This document shows positions 10,024 through 21,107 of a stretch of 64,000 nt of DNA, piece after piece. The translations under genes and the position numbers were made by a program. Each line of letters begins with the position of its first letter. Position 1 is the first letter of the stretch. The notes under the pieces were generated by a model. That model had not been told where the DNA came from, did not search any database, and was given only the letters and a program-made list of their open reading frames with translations. Source of the stretch: Christensenellaceae bacterium (GTDB taxonomy: Bacteria > Bacillota > Clostridia > Christensenellales > Borkfalkiaceae); assembly GCA_045633745.1 (NCBI GenBank), contig JAZQYW010000015.1, positions 11,042-75,041 on the forward strand, written 5' to 3'.

Positions 10024-10977
10024 TTAGTCTATTAAGTAACGGCTTACTGCAAAAGTGATTTTATCAATCACTTCTTCATACTCTCCATTTATTTGGCAAC
10101 CACTTGCAAGAACGTGTCCGCCACCACCAAAAGTGCCTGCAACGGCATTTACGTCTGCACCTTTTGAACGGAAACTAATCTTAAACTTATTAAGTGCAAG
10201 TTCCATAATGCAAGCGCCAACTTCAACCGTGTCAATACCCATAACGAAATCAACAAAACCTTCGGTATCTTCTGGGCGTGCCTTACTTTCTTCTATATCG
10301 GTTAATCTAATGGTTGCAACGGCAAATCTATCATCTAAAAAATACCTTATTTTAGACATTGTTTGTCCAAATAGTTTTGCCCTTTCTTTGCTTTGTTTTG
10401 TAAACATATGATAGTAAACGGTGTTCAAGTCTGCGCCCTTTTCCACCATCTTGCCAGCAGAAAACATTGTGTTGGCACTTACGTTTTTATGCCTGAAATT
10501 GCCCGTATCAGTCATAATTCCCATAACCAAAAGGGTTGCAATTTCCTTGTTGATATCAACGCCCAACTCTTCTATCAACGCCAAAATATTTTCACAGTTG
10601 CTTGAATTATCAAAAACGTAATTAATTTTAGCGTATCTTGTGTTAGAAACGTGGTGGTCGATTAAATAGGTGTTTTTATGTCTTGAAAACGCATCGTAAA
10701 GGTTGCCAAGCCTTGTAGTATCAGCACAGTCAATGGCAACGAAAGCCGAATATTCACCGTCAATTTCTCTTTTAACTTCCTTAACTTCATCTAAAAAGAA
10801 AAATCTCGATGGAACGACGTCATCACAAAAGACCTGTGCCCTAATACCGAGATTTTTTAATGCGCAAGATAGTGCAAGGGCAGAGCCAAGTGTATCGCCG
10901 TCAGGTCTAATATGGCAAAATAATGCCACGCTTTTTTCCTGTTTTAGTTTTGACGATAATTCACTTAAACTAATCAC
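10024..10977 (-). CDS. nrnA: DHH/DHHA1 phosphoesterase (NrnA-like oligoribonuclease/pAp phosphatase)
   Basis: HIRPDGDTLGS, DHH and GGGH motifs. Confidence 0.8.
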   Translation of the reverse strand: MISLSELSSKLKQEKSVALFCHIRPDGDTLGSALALSCALKNLGIRAQVFCDDVVPSRFFFLDEVKEVKREIDGEYSAFVAIDCADTTRLGNLYDAFSRHKNTYLIDHHVSNTRYAKINYVFDNSSNCENILALIEELGVDINKEIATLLVMGIMTDTGNFRHKNVSANTMFSAGKMVEKGADLNTVYYHMFTKQSKERAKLFGQTMSKIRYFLDDRFAVATIRLTDIEESKARPEDTEGFVDFVMGIDTVEVGACIMELALNKFKISFRSKGADVNAVAGTFGGGGHVLASGCQINGEYEEVIDKITFAVSRYLID

Positions 10978-11347
10978 TTTTTTCGCCCTCGTTTATTTTT
11001 TTGAATAATTTATCCATTTTGTCGCCATATTCCATAGAATCATCTAACACAAAGTTAAGTTCTGGAACAGTGCGTGCCCTTATAACCCTTGCAAGTTCAA
11101 AGCGGATTTTTTTAGCATCCGCCTTGATTGCATCAAAAGTTGTTTTAGATTTTTCAGCGTTAGTTGAATATACGCTTACAAACACTTTTGCGTAAGATAG
11201 GTCGTTTGCACAATCTACACGCAAAATAGAAAACATTTCGGTTATAAGTGGATTTTTTAATTTGCGGGAAATTATTTCATAAATTTCCTTTTGCAATTCG
11301 CTGTTTAGCCTATCGCTACGGCTAATTCCACTATTATTTCTTCTCAT
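10970..11347 (-). CDS. rbfA: ribosome-binding factor A
   Basis: 125 aa, position directly after infB, RbfA-like KH fold sequence. Confidence 0.9.
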   Translation of the reverse strand: MRRNNSGISRSDRLNSELQKEIYEIISRKLKNPLITEMFSILRVDCANDLSYAKVFVSVYSTNAEKSKTTFDAIKADAKKIRFELARVIRARTVPELNFVLDDSMEYGDKMDKLFKKINEGEKSD

Positions 11348-13963
11348 CTATTCTTTATTTTCCTCTACTTGATAACTTTCAATAAAGTCGCCGACTTTGA
11401 TATCGTTGAACTTTTCAATACTGATACCACATTCAAAGCCTTGAGCAACTTCTTTAACGTCATCTTTAAATCTCTTTAATTGCAATACGTTGCCTTCACA
11501 AATCATAACGTCATCACGATAAATACGCAACTTGCCGTTTCTAATAATCTTACCTTCAACAACGTATGAACCAGCAACTTGACCAACGCCAGAAATTTTG
11601 AACACTTCTCTAACTTCTGCTTTACCCATATATACTTCCTTAAATTTAGGAGCAAGCATACCTTTAAGTGCTCTTTCAACGTCTTCAATCGCTTCATAGA
11701 TAACTCTATAGAGTTTAATATCAACGCCACTTCTTTCTGCAATTTGTTTTGCGTTTGAATCAGGTCTTACGTTAAAGCCGATAATAATTGCATTTGAAGA
11801 TTCTGCAAGCATAATGTCAGATTCTTTAATTGCACCTGCTGCAGCGTGGATAACGTTAACCTTAACTTCAGCGTTAGAGAGTTTTTCTAATGAACTCTTA
11901 ACCGCTTCAACAGAACCTTGAACGTCTGCTTTAACGATAAGTGGCAATATCTTCATTTCGCCTTCGGCAATCTTGTTAAATACGTCGTCAAGCGTAACCT
12001 TGCTTGATGCCTTAAGCATATTTTCTTTTTCTTTATTTTGTCTTTCTTCAGCAACAAGTTTTGCAAGTTTTTCGTGTTCTACTGCATATAAGATGTCGCC
12101 AGAGTTTGGAACGTCATCTAAACCCATAATAGAAACTGGGGTTGATGGACCTGCACTGTTTACACGGCGACCCTTATCGTCAACCATTGCACGAATTTTA
12201 CCTGTGACTGTGCCAACGATAACGCTGTCTGAAACCTTAAGCGTACCATTTTGAACCAAGATAGTTGCGATAGGACCTTTGCTTTGGTCAAGTTTTGCTT
12301 CGATAACAACACCCTTTGCCTTTCTGTCTGGATTTGCTTTCAAGTCTTTGATTTCAGCAACAAGGTTAATGTTTTCAAGCAAGTTATCAAAACCTTCGCC
12401 AGTCTTTGCAGAAACAGGGCACAAAATAGTATCTCCACCCCATTCTTCAGGCAATAAACCGTGGTCGGTAAGTTGTGTTTTAATTCTTTCAACGTTTGCT
12501 TCTGGTTTATCAATCTTGTTGATTGCAACTATAATAGGAACGTCTGCAGCCTTTGCATGATTGATTGCTTCAATAGTTTGTGGCATAATGCCATCGTCTG
12601 CCGCAACAACCAAAACTGCGATATCGGTTGCTTGTGCACCCCTTGCACGCATTGCAGTAAACGCTGCGTGACCTGGTGTGTCAAGGAAAGTGATGGCTTC
12701 GCCACCAACGGTCACTTGATATGCACCGATATGTTGTGTAATACCACCGGCTTCGCCAGCAGTGACGTTTGTCTTTCTAATTCTATCCAAAATAGAAGTT
12801 TTACCGTGGTCAACGTGACCCATAACGGTAACGACTGGTGGGCGTTTTTTAAGTGTTTCGCCAGCATCAGCCAAATCGTCAAAGCCTTCACTCAACACGT
12901 CTTCTGCAGTCTTGTCTAACTTAAGTTCAAGTTCAACGCCGATGTCATCAGCAATAAATGCGGCAGTATCGAAATCAATAGAATCGTTTATTGTCTTCAT
13001 AATGCCTTCTTTGAATAGCCTTTTTGTGATTTCTGCAGCAGTGATACCGATTTTTTCACTCAATACTTTAAGTGGGATAATTTCAGTGTTGATAACTGCC
13101 TTTTCAATCTTGATAACGTTGATTTCAGACTTTTCTTTAGTCTTTTTAGCAGGACGCATTTTTCTATAACCAGTCTTGTTTTCATCAAAATCATCAATAT
13201 CAACTTGACCTTTGATGAGAGCACGCTTGTTAATAACGCGTTTTTCTTCAAAAGACCTTTCGCCCGTTTGCTTTTTCTTTGCAAAACTGCGTTTATCTTC
13301 CTTTTGGATAATAGGTGGAGCGATAAAGGTGCTTTGTTGCTTTTTAGCAGGTGCACCTTGTCTATCCCCTTTGTTAAAGTCAGGTTTATCTTTACGATTA
13401 AAGTTGTTTTGACCTTGACCTTTTGGCCCGTCTTGACGTGGTTGCCTTTCAAAAGGTGCATTAGGACGGAATTCGTTTCTTTGTGGTCTTGCTCCGTCTG
13501 GCTTTCTGTCTGGTTTTACAGGCTTTTGAATAGGACCTTCACGACGCAAAATAAATGATGGACGTGCAGGTGGAGTGAATTCAGCAGGCTTTTCTTCCTT
13601 AACTTCACTCTTTTCTTCAGGTTGAGAAACTTCTTGTGGTTTTACTTCTTCCTTAACTTCCTTTTTAGGTTGTTCTACAGGTTTTTCTTCCACTTTAACT
13701 TCAGCAACCTTTTCTTCCTTAATTTCTTTAACTTCAGGTTGTTTTGGTTGCTCAATAACTTCTGCTTCTGCCTTTACCTTTTCTTCTTTTTCCTTTCTTA
13801 AAAGTTCAAGATTTTTAAGTTTTTCTTCCAAAGCACTTTTAATGTTTTTAATATCAAGCACGACTTTATTTGAAGATTGAATAAAAGATTCAATCTTGCC
13901 TTCTTTAATAAATTCGTTTACTTGCTTAATGTTTTCATTGCGCATACTACCTTTTTCAGCCAT
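11348..13963 (-). CDS. infB: translation initiation factor IF-2
   Basis: GHVDHGKTS / DTPGH / NKID GTPase motifs; Lys/Glu/Pro-rich N-terminal extension. Confidence 0.95.
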   Translation of the reverse strand: MAEKGSMRNENIKQVNEFIKEGKIESFIQSSNKVVLDIKNIKSALEEKLKNLELLRKEKEEKVKAEAEVIEQPKQPEVKEIKEEKVAEVKVEEKPVEQPKKEVKEEVKPQEVSQPEEKSEVKEEKPAEFTPPARPSFILRREGPIQKPVKPDRKPDGARPQRNEFRPNAPFERQPRQDGPKGQGQNNFNRKDKPDFNKGDRQGAPAKKQQSTFIAPPIIQKEDKRSFAKKKQTGERSFEEKRVINKRALIKGQVDIDDFDENKTGYRKMRPAKKTKEKSEINVIKIEKAVINTEIIPLKVLSEKIGITAAEITKRLFKEGIMKTINDSIDFDTAAFIADDIGVELELKLDKTAEDVLSEGFDDLADAGETLKKRPPVVTVMGHVDHGKTSILDRIRKTNVTAGEAGGITQHIGAYQVTVGGEAITFLDTPGHAAFTAMRARGAQATDIAVLVVAADDGIMPQTIEAINHAKAADVPIIVAINKIDKPEANVERIKTQLTDHGLLPEEWGGDTILCPVSAKTGEGFDNLLENINLVAEIKDLKANPDRKAKGVVIEAKLDQSKGPIATILVQNGTLKVSDSVIVGTVTGKIRAMVDDKGRRVNSAGPSTPVSIMGLDDVPNSGDILYAVEHEKLAKLVAEERQNKEKENMLKASSKVTLDDVFNKIAEGEMKILPLIVKADVQGSVEAVKSSLEKLSNAEVKVNVIHAAAGAIKESDIMLAESSNAIIIGFNVRPDSNAKQIAERSGVDIKLYRVIYEAIEDVERALKGMLAPKFKEVYMGKAEVREVFKISGVGQVAGSYVVEGKIIRNGKLRIYRDDVMICEGNVLQLKRFKDDVKEVAQGFECGISIEKFNDIKVGDFIESYQVEENKE

Positions 13964-13972
13964 TTATTTCTC

Positions 13973-14287
13973 CTAATTTTTCACAATAAAATCGTTTTCT
14001 ATATTCTCTAAAATTGCCTTTGCCAAAGCCTTGTCGGCAACTGCCATTACCTTTGCGTTTTCCCTGTGCGTTATATCTTCAAGGTTTTCTTTAACCGTCA
14101 CAACAAGTGGGCAATGATACTTGTTTGCCACTTTTAAGGCTTCGTTTTGGGTGTTTTCACTAGCCGATTTACAAACGATTAGTAAATTTATGCTCTTTAG
14201 CGTTTGAACGGCGTTCATACCAACACGAAACTTTCTTGCACGAATAGCAAAACCTATAAACGTATTCGCTTTACTCTTGTTCTCCAA
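13973..14287 (-). CDS. ylxQ: L7Ae-family RNA-binding protein YlxQ
   Basis: 104 aa located between ylxR and infB, the conserved nusA-operon position. Confidence 0.75.
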   Translation of the reverse strand: MENKSKANTFIGFAIRARKFRVGMNAVQTLKSINLLIVCKSASENTQNEALKVANKYHCPLVVTVKENLEDITHRENAKVMAVADKALAKAILENIENDFIVKN

Positions 14288-14537
14288 GGAAATCCTCCAT
14301 TATTTTATCGTAAACGTTTTCTTCAACTTGACAAGAAAATGCACGATTTAACAGTTTTTGTTTTTTCAACTTTGCAATGCAAGTTTCGTCATTGCAAACG
14401 TAAGCGCCCCTACCGTTGAGTTTACCCGTCTTGTCCAACTTAATTTCATCGTTAAACTTGACAACTCTTATAAGTTCACGCTTTGGTTTACTTGCCCTAC
14501 AAGCAATGCAAGTGCGCATAGGTATCTTTTTTTCCAT
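14271..14537 (-). CDS. ylxR: YlxR/DUF448 RNA-binding protein
   Basis: PMRTCIACR motif. Start moved to the second ATG (MEKKIP), which follows a GAGGAA RBS and avoids overlap with nusA. Confidence 0.8.
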   Translation of the reverse strand: MEKKIPMRTCIACRASKPKRELIRVVKFNDEIKLDKTGKLNGRGAYVCNDETCIAKLKKQKLLNRAFSCQVEENVYDKIMEDFLGEQE

Positions 14538-14538
14538 A

Positions 14539-15627
14539 TTAGATAGATTCCTCATCTACGTTAATTTCGCCCATATCTTCAAGTTCTTTCATTGCAACAG
14601 ATTCGCTCTTAACGTCAATCTTCCAGCCTGTAAGTTTAACTGCAAGTCTTGCGTTTTGACCACTTCTGCCGATTGCAAGTGAAAGTTTATCATCTGGAAC
14701 GACAGCCATTGCACTTTCATCGCCAGTTTGAATAACCTTGATTACTCTTGCTGGTGACAATGCGCTTGAAATGAATTCAAGTGGGTTTTCGCTCCAAGGA
14801 ATAATATCAATCTTTTCGCCACCAAGTTCAGATACGATAGCGTTAACTCTTGCACCCTTGCTACCAACACAAGCGCCCAAAGCATCAACTGATGGGTCTT
14901 CGCTATAAATAGCAATCTTTGTTCTTTGACCTGGGTCTCTAACAACGCCCTTAACTAAAACAATGCCTTGCTTAATTTCAGGAACTTCATTTTCAAACAA
15001 TCTCTTAACAAGACCGTTTGCAGTTCTTGAAACAACGATTTGAGCAACTCTGCCACTGTTCTTAACTCTCTTAACGTAAACGTTAAGTCTTTGGTTAACT
15101 TCGTATTTTTCACCAGGAACTTGGTCTCTTGGCATCAAAATACCTTCGATTTGACTTCCACCGATTTCAACGTAAACAGTGCCGTCTTCAATTCTACGAA
15201 CGGTGCAAACCATAAGTTCGCCTTCTTTATCTTCAAATTCATTTACGGTCTTTTCGTGTTCAATTTCACGAAGTTTTTGTAAAAGAACTTGTTTTGCCGT
15301 TTGCGCTGCAATTCTGCCAAAGTTCTTTGTTTGAATTTCAGCAGTCACTTGGTCGCCAACCTTATAAGACTTTTTGATTGCCAAAGCATCTTCAAGGCTA
15401 ATTTCCTTTTCGCTGTCAACAACTTCTTCAACTATGTTGCGAATACTATAAACCTTAATAGATTTTTTTTCTGGGTTTACTTTAACTTCAACCATTCCAC
15501 CTTCGGTAGAATTCTTTTTGTATGCAATAGTGAGCGCATTTTCAAGTGCAGAAATAAATTCTTCCTTTAAAATGCCCTTTTGCAATTCTAGTTCGTCAAG
15601 TGCTGCAAAGAAATCTTGATTAATCAT
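14539..15627 (-). CDS. nusA: transcription termination/antitermination factor NusA
   Basis: S1 plus two KH domains (GACVGSKGARV, AIGRSGQNARLA). Confidence 0.95.
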   Translation of the reverse strand: MINQDFFAALDELELQKGILKEEFISALENALTIAYKKNSTEGGMVEVKVNPEKKSIKVYSIRNIVEEVVDSEKEISLEDALAIKKSYKVGDQVTAEIQTKNFGRIAAQTAKQVLLQKLREIEHEKTVNEFEDKEGELMVCTVRRIEDGTVYVEIGGSQIEGILMPRDQVPGEKYEVNQRLNVYVKRVKNSGRVAQIVVSRTANGLVKRLFENEVPEIKQGIVLVKGVVRDPGQRTKIAIYSEDPSVDALGACVGSKGARVNAIVSELGGEKIDIIPWSENPLEFISSALSPARVIKVIQTGDESAMAVVPDDKLSLAIGRSGQNARLAVKLTGWKIDVKSESVAMKELEDMGEINVDEESI

Positions 15628-15751
15628 TTTTTTCTCCTTAAAATATTTATCCTAATTTATATTTTTTCTTTTTAATGTTTTGTTAACTATTTTCTCGGGG
15701 TTTTGAACTGAAAATAGTCGGTTAACTTGATATCAAGCGAAAATGCCCTAT

Positions 15752-16216
15752 TTATTCAAAATCTATATACTCATTAATTTTAACAATGGTCTTTAAATCG
15801 ATTGTAAAGGTGTTTTTTTCGTCAACCTTTAAGGTTATTTGCTTTTTATCATAACTCAATAAAATTCCATCGTAAAATTTCTTACCCTTAATAGACGCAT
15901 ATAGTTTAACTTCCACCCTTTCGCCTATATGTGACAAAAAGTCTTCATCAGTCTTAAATGGTCTATCAATACCCAAACTTGAAACGTTTAGCCTATATGG
16001 CAAACCAAAAGTTGGGTCAAACTCATCAAGTGGGTCGTTGATTGCATTGTGGAAAATTTCACAAGTATCAAGGTCAACCCCGCCGTCCTTATCGATAAAA
16101 ATTGTAAGTTCAGGGTTTTTGCCTTGCTTAAACTCAACTTCCACAGCATTGATGCCGAGTGGGTCGCCGATTTTTTTAGCAAATTCTAAAATTTCTGCGT
16201 TAGATTTTACCTTCAT
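15752..16216 (-). CDS. rimP: ribosome maturation factor RimP
   Basis: 154 aa; conserved position upstream of nusA. Confidence 0.9.
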   Translation of the reverse strand: MKVKSNAEILEFAKKIGDPLGINAVEVEFKQGKNPELTIFIDKDGGVDLDTCEIFHNAINDPLDEFDPTFGLPYRLNVSSLGIDRPFKTDEDFLSHIGERVEVKLYASIKGKKFYDGILLSYDKKQITLKVDEKNTFTIDLKTIVKINEYIDFE

Positions 16217-16323
16217 AATTCTCCTTTATAAAAGAATATGAGAACGGGTTTCCGTTCTCATAAGTCAAGCATCTTATTCAAGTATCATTATTTTAACACA
16301 TTTTTATTACTTTTGCAAGCATT

Positions 16324-17856
16324 TTACAAATTATTTTTAATTTTTAACATTTCAATCATAACTTCTGCAGTGGTGTATGCATCAGGGGTTGCCCTATGAT
16401 GTTGAAACGTTATTCCAAAATGGTCTGCAACAGTGTGTAAATCGTGTTTTCTCAACTTTGGCAAAGTTTGTCTTGCCAAATCTAAAGTGTCCAAAATTTC
16501 ATTTTTAATTTCGTATTCAAGTCCACCGCAAAAACGCCTTAAGAACTTTATATCAAAATCTAAAATGTTGTGTCCAACCAAAACCGACCCTTCGATAAAT
16601 TTCATAAAATCTGGCACAACTGCGTTTATCTTTGGTGCATCTTTAACCATATCTTCGGTGATGCCAGTGATTTTTGAATTTTCTTCGGTTATAGGATAGT
16701 CTGGCTTAATCAAGGTTGAAAACTCTTCGGTCATCTTTCCATCGACTAATTTTACTGCACCGATTTCGGTTATGCCTTGACTCATATAGTCAATGCCGGT
16801 CGTTTCAATATCCAAAACAACAAAAGTCTTTTCAAGAAGTTCCTTTGGCAAAATTTCTTCTGCATCAAAAACGCTTTTAACCTTAACCTTTGTCTTTGCT
16901 GGCGTTGGAAAAATAAGTTTATATTCTCTTGGCGCTTGCTTTTTATACTTTTCCTTCTTAACAAAATTAGTTGGGAAAGTGCAACGGTTTATCTTTTCAA
17001 AGGTAAAAGAACGTCTGCCGTTATATTCACCTATGTTGCCACGTGCGATTATACATTCGCCAACTGTAATTTCCTTAATCTTGTGATAGGTGCTTTTTTT
17101 AGAAAAATACACCCCACTTGTTCTGCCGGTAGTATCGTCAATATTAATAATCAAAAACGGCTTGCCATTTTTAGTTTCCTTTTCCTTAATATCGGTGACC
17201 GTTCCACAAACGGTGACGTCACCATTAGTCGCATCTTCGATATATAGCGCAAGGTCACCCATATTCTCATCATCAATAACAACAACGTCGTTAACCTTTA
17301 TCGTTCTATGCTCTATCTTTTGCAACTCATCTTCAAAAACTTCTTCGTTAAGTAAACTTAAAGTTTCGTCCTTTTCCTTTATTTCCGTTCCACCTGCAAA
17401 ATCCGAACAAAACATCTTTGAAAGATGTGTGTTAAGCCTGTTCAAAGCACCGTTTTTGGTCATATATTCAGCGCCGTCTTGCGTTAATCTTAAAGTGTAT
17501 TTTACAAGATTACCAACAACGTTTGATATTATATCGTTTGGACTTAAAAATATAGAAATCGATGGATAATTATCGTTTAAAAACCTATAAATTTCGGTAT
17601 TTATAAGTTGGTCGTTGCTGACGATTTTTTTAACGCTTATTTGCACAACGGAAAATATAGGCGAAGAAATTTTTTCGGCTTCTTTTAAAATTTTTCTTTG
17701 CAAATCTTCATCAACCACTTGGTCACATATAAAGTTGTAGCGAATAGCGTATTCATTTTTGTCGATTTCAATAGAGTTTAGGCGAATATTTTTAATTCTT
17801 TCGTCTAAAAGTCTTAAATCGGCAATAAATTCCGCATTACTTTTTATTGTGTACAT
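16324..17856 (-). CDS. PolC-like N-terminal domain + OB fold + DnaQ-type 3'-5' exonuclease, with no PHP or polymerase domains
   Basis: OB segment VCGTVTDIKEKETKNGKPFLIINIDD. Exo motifs VVLDIETTG, VGHNILDFD, HHRATPDA. Colinear with PolC residues but only 510 aa. Confidence 0.6.
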   Translation of the reverse strand: MYTIKSNAEFIADLRLLDERIKNIRLNSIEIDKNEYAIRYNFICDQVVDEDLQRKILKEAEKISSPIFSVVQISVKKIVSNDQLINTEIYRFLNDNYPSISIFLSPNDIISNVVGNLVKYTLRLTQDGAEYMTKNGALNRLNTHLSKMFCSDFAGGTEIKEKDETLSLLNEEVFEDELQKIEHRTIKVNDVVVIDDENMGDLALYIEDATNGDVTVCGTVTDIKEKETKNGKPFLIINIDDTTGRTSGVYFSKKSTYHKIKEITVGECIIARGNIGEYNGRRSFTFEKINRCTFPTNFVKKEKYKKQAPREYKLIFPTPAKTKVKVKSVFDAEEILPKELLEKTFVVLDIETTGIDYMSQGITEIGAVKLVDGKMTEEFSTLIKPDYPITEENSKITGITEDMVKDAPKINAVVPDFMKFIEGSVLVGHNILDFDIKFLRRFCGGLEYEIKNEILDTLDLARQTLPKLRKHDLHTVADHFGITFQHHRATPDAYTTAEVMIEMLKIKNNL

Positions 17857-18881
17857 CTATCAATTTCCTTAAAGAATTCCCTTTCAACGTCTTCTTTTTT
17901 AACTCTTTTTAATATTTGCCCTTTGCAGAAAATCACGCAGTCATCTTTAGCCCCAGCAATGCCCAAATCAGCATCTTTTGCTTCGCCCGGTCCGTTAACC
18001 ACACAACCCATAACTGCAATCTTTAACGGCTTTTTAATATTTGCCGTATATTCTTCCACCTTTTTAGCAAAAGCCATACACTCCCACTCGCATCTGCCAC
18101 AAGTTGGGCAAGCGATAATTTTAACATTATCGTATAAGTTCAATGCAGACAAAATCGAACGCCCTGCAATAACTTCTCTTATCGGGTCGGCAGACAAACT
18201 TACCCTAATGGTATCGCCTATGCCGTTTAACAATAACGAACCTATGCCGATTGCGTTTTTTATAGTGCCGTTATATTCTGTGCCAGCCTCTGTTATGCCC
18301 AAATGAAGTGGATAATCAGTTTTTGATGCAACGTATTCATACGCTTTTTTGGCAAGTGCAACGTCTGACGCCTTAACCGAAATAACTATATCTTTAACGC
18401 CATACTTTTCAAGCAAAGCCACGTTTTTAAGTGCACTTTCGCCCAAAGATATTTCGTTTTTGCCGTATTTTGCTAAAAATTCCTTTTCGATGCTACCGGT
18501 GTTTGAACCAACTCTAACGGGAATTTTTGCACTTTTTAACGCATCGGCAACTGCTTTTATATTTTGTTCGCCACCGATATTCCCAGGATTAATACGAATT
18601 TTATCAGCACCACCGTCAATGGCTTTAATTGCCAACTTATAGTCAAAGTGGATATCTGCAACAAGTGGAATATCAACTTTTTCTTTGACCTTCTTAAAAG
18701 ACGATGCATCTAATTCATCAAGCACCGAATAGCGCATTATATCAAGCCCTTCTTCTTTAAGGCGCAAACACTCTTCAACAACCTTATCGACGTTTGATAT
18801 CTTAAAGGTTGACATCGATTGAATTTTAATTCTTTCCCCACCACCGATGGCAAGGTTTCCTATACAAACTTTTTTGCTCAT
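17844..18881 (-). CDS. ispG: 4-hydroxy-3-methylbut-2-enyl diphosphate synthase
   Basis: IACPTCGR and MGCVVNGPGE Fe-S motifs. Confidence 0.95.
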   Translation of the reverse strand: MSKKVCIGNLAIGGGERIKIQSMSTFKISNVDKVVEECLRLKEEGLDIMRYSVLDELDASSFKKVKEKVDIPLVADIHFDYKLAIKAIDGGADKIRINPGNIGGEQNIKAVADALKSAKIPVRVGSNTGSIEKEFLAKYGKNEISLGESALKNVALLEKYGVKDIVISVKASDVALAKKAYEYVASKTDYPLHLGITEAGTEYNGTIKNAIGIGSLLLNGIGDTIRVSLSADPIREVIAGRSILSALNLYDNVKIIACPTCGRCEWECMAFAKKVEEYTANIKKPLKIAVMGCVVNGPGEAKDADLGIAGAKDDCVIFCKGQILKRVKKEDVEREFFKEIDRCTQ

Positions 18882-18916
18882 ATGCGTATTATATCACAAC
18901 TTTTTTTAAATGTAAA

Positions 18917-18955
18917 GAAAAAAAATTAAGGCGTACGATTGTACATACGCCTTAA
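18917..18955 (-). terminator. rho-independent terminator ending the phage-like operon
   Basis: TTAAGGCGTA / TACGCCTTAA 10-bp stem, 10-nt loop, then a T8 run on the minus strand. Confidence 0.7.
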
Positions 18956-18964
18956 CTGGTTTTA

Positions 18965-19861
18965 TTATAATCCTGCGTGCAATTTATAAATATACATTAC
19001 GTTTTGATAATAGTCTTCAAGATAAATTGCAAGTTTGTCTTCAGCAAACATATCACGATAAGCATCTTCAACAGGCAAAGTATCGTAATACCCCCTAACA
19101 CATCTTATAACGTCGGTATAATAACCCATTTCTACAAGTTGGTCTTTTGTAAATTCGCCCGAACTAATATCCAAAAATCTTAAATAAAGGCTTGCTTGAG
19201 TTTCCTTTATCGTATTTCTGTATCTTTGTTCTTTTTCTTCCAAGCCGTTATTATACTTAAACGTTTCCCTAACAAGTTTTTCAAACTCATCTTTTAATTC
19301 GATAATCTTTTTATCGATTTCCATTTGATGAATAACTTCAAAAAAACTTTTTTCATTAGCAACTTGGTCCAAAAGTGCACTTTTCTTTGCGTTTATAGAT
19401 GCAAGTTGGTCGTTCTTTTCTTGAATAATCCTTGCGATTTTATCGTTTAAACTATCTTCAAGCACCACCGTTTTGTCAACTATAATCGACGAATTATAAA
19501 GCCCTGCTTTTACAACCTGATTTTCGACTTTTTTAATGCTTTCGGCATATAAAACCCTGACCTTTTCAATTTCAGTGTCAGCATTTTGTTCCAGTAAAAT
19601 TGCCTTTTGTTCTAGTTCTAAAATCTGTGAATTCAAGTCTTTTTCATAAGTCAAAATTTCACGTTCGTGCTGACTTTTAAGCAAGTTTGTTGCTTTTTCT
19701 ATAAACTCTTCTTCACTTATTTCTTGAACGGGAAGTCTTGGCAATTCTAACTCCACAAGGTTAACTTCTTCATATCCTTCTCTACGCACTCTGTAGTAAT
19801 AAAATAAGTCGTTTAGGATATTATACATTTCTTCTTTTGTTGTAGGTAAATTAAATTCCAT
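18965..19861 (-). CDS. hypothetical coiled-coil protein, last gene of the phage-like operon
   Basis: 298 aa, long heptad-like E/K/Q-rich centre; no motif I recognise. Confidence 0.5.
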   Translation of the reverse strand: MEFNLPTTKEEMYNILNDLFYYYRVRREGYEEVNLVELELPRLPVQEISEEEFIEKATNLLKSQHEREILTYEKDLNSQILELEQKAILLEQNADTEIEKVRVLYAESIKKVENQVVKAGLYNSSIIVDKTVVLEDSLNDKIARIIQEKNDQLASINAKKSALLDQVANEKSFFEVIHQMEIDKKIIELKDEFEKLVRETFKYNNGLEEKEQRYRNTIKETQASLYLRFLDISSGEFTKDQLVEMGYYTDVIRCVRGYYDTLPVEDAYRDMFAEDKLAIYLEDYYQNVMYIYKLHAGL

Positions 19862-19871
19862 AATTTCTCTC

Positions 19872-21107
19872 CTATGCTATATATTTTAATTGCAAATCAC
19901 TGACGTCAGTATTTACGTTTGGTTTATAATCAATTTCAAAGGTAAACTCTTTTGAACGCAAGTTCATTGTCATTTGATTTATGCCTGCTTTTAACTTGTA
20001 AGTTTTACTTCCAAAATCGCCTTTTATCTTAAAGGTTAGACTTTTTGTCACCTTTATCGTTAAGGCAATGAGCGATTTTTTATCATAAGACCCCAAATTA
20101 ATCGCCGTGCTTTTCCAAACTGAACAAGCAAGTGGCGTTGATTTTACGGTATAAATACTATTGTCTGCAGGGGTGAATAATATATTTTTGCACATCAATT
20201 TTCTTTCCCCAACGTTAACCAACATAAAGGTCTTATTTATAACGTCATACCTAAAAACACAATTACTTCCATTTGCAACAACTGGGCAATAATAAACGTC
20301 GCCGTCAGCAGTTGCAAATCCTTCTAAATTTGCAATCTTCTTTGAATAAATATTAGAGATTTCTTTAATTGAAAAGTCTTCATACACATAAAATTTTCCA
20401 TTAGCAACAAAGAATAATTGTTCCCTTATTTTTGCCAAAGTCCCTTTTTCAACAACAAAGTTGTCCGTCTTGATTTTTTCAAGTTTAAACTCCCCGTCAG
20501 TTATGGTTAACTTATAAAATTGTTGTGCGCACACGATAAGCAAATAACTTGAAAAGTCATATATTCCCAAAATTTCGCCGTCGCTATCATCCACACTAAA
20601 ATTACCACAATTATCAAACTTCATAGAGTGTTTTTCAAAATCAAAAGGACTGCTAAAATAAACTGTTTTTCCCTTTGCAACAAAACATCTTAATGCAAAG
20701 GTTTGCAAAACATTTCCGTATGGCAAACTTACGCTATAATCGTTTTTGCCCAAAATTCTGCCACCCGTTTGGTTTATGTGCAAAACTTCGGCTTTGCCTT
20801 CTACGATAACTTCGCACATAATAGGCAAACTTGTGCCATAATAATTTTTTTGAACAAAGTTTTTATTAACTTTTTCATATAAATATCCATCATTACAAGT
20901 CGCATAGATTTTTTTATTTGCTTCGCACATTTTTAATATTTCAAAACCTACCGTTTGCGAATAATTACTGCATATATCTATCGCACTTAATTTTTCGCCA
21001 ACAACCACGCTTTCAGCGTGTTCTGTTATGTTAAGAAAGTCGTTTACCTTAAACGTTTTTACTTGCACCTTTGGTTGTATTAAATAATTTTTACGCATTA
21101 AACCCAA
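19872..21107 (-). CDS. hypothetical beta-rich protein in the phage-like operon
   Basis: 411 aa with repetitive beta-strand-like segments. Start coupled to the upstream stop (TAATG at 21096-21100 if the start is M4). Confidence 0.5.
   Translation of the reverse strand: MGLMRKNYLIQPKVQVKTFKVNDFLNITEHAESVVVGEKLSAIDICSNYSQTVGFEILKMCEANKKIYATCNDGYLYEKVNKNFVQKNYYGTSLPIMCEVIVEGKAEVLHINQTGGRILGKNDYSVSLPYGNVLQTFALRCFVAKGKTVYFSSPFDFEKHSMKFDNCGNFSVDDSDGEILGIYDFSSYLLIVCAQQFYKLTITDGEFKLEKIKTDNFVVEKGTLAKIREQLFFVANGKFYVYEDFSIKEISNIYSKKIANLEGFATADGDVYYCPVVANGSNCVFRYDVINKTFMLVNVGERKLMCKNILFTPADNSIYTVKSTPLACSVWKSTAINLGSYDKKSLIALTIKVTKSLTFKIKGDFGSKTYKLKAGINQMTMNLRSKEFTFEIDYKPNVNTDVSDLQLKYIA

Noticed and set aside
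12461-12919. Numerous 60-160-aa ORFs antisense to long genes (for example 12461-12919, 16777-17247, 17090-17569, 21861-22313, 23886-24326, 27019-27396, 48634-49131)
   Set aside because: Each lies entirely within a well-supported gene on the opposite strand, lacks an RBS, and has the Ser/Leu/Phe-rich composition typical of shadow ORFs in low-GC genomes.
13300-13900. Low-complexity K/E/P/Q-rich repeats in the 5' third of infB
   Set aside because: This is the normal variable N-terminal domain of bacterial IF-2. Antisense ORFs here (for example 13060-13461 and 13205-13558) are shadows of that biased composition.
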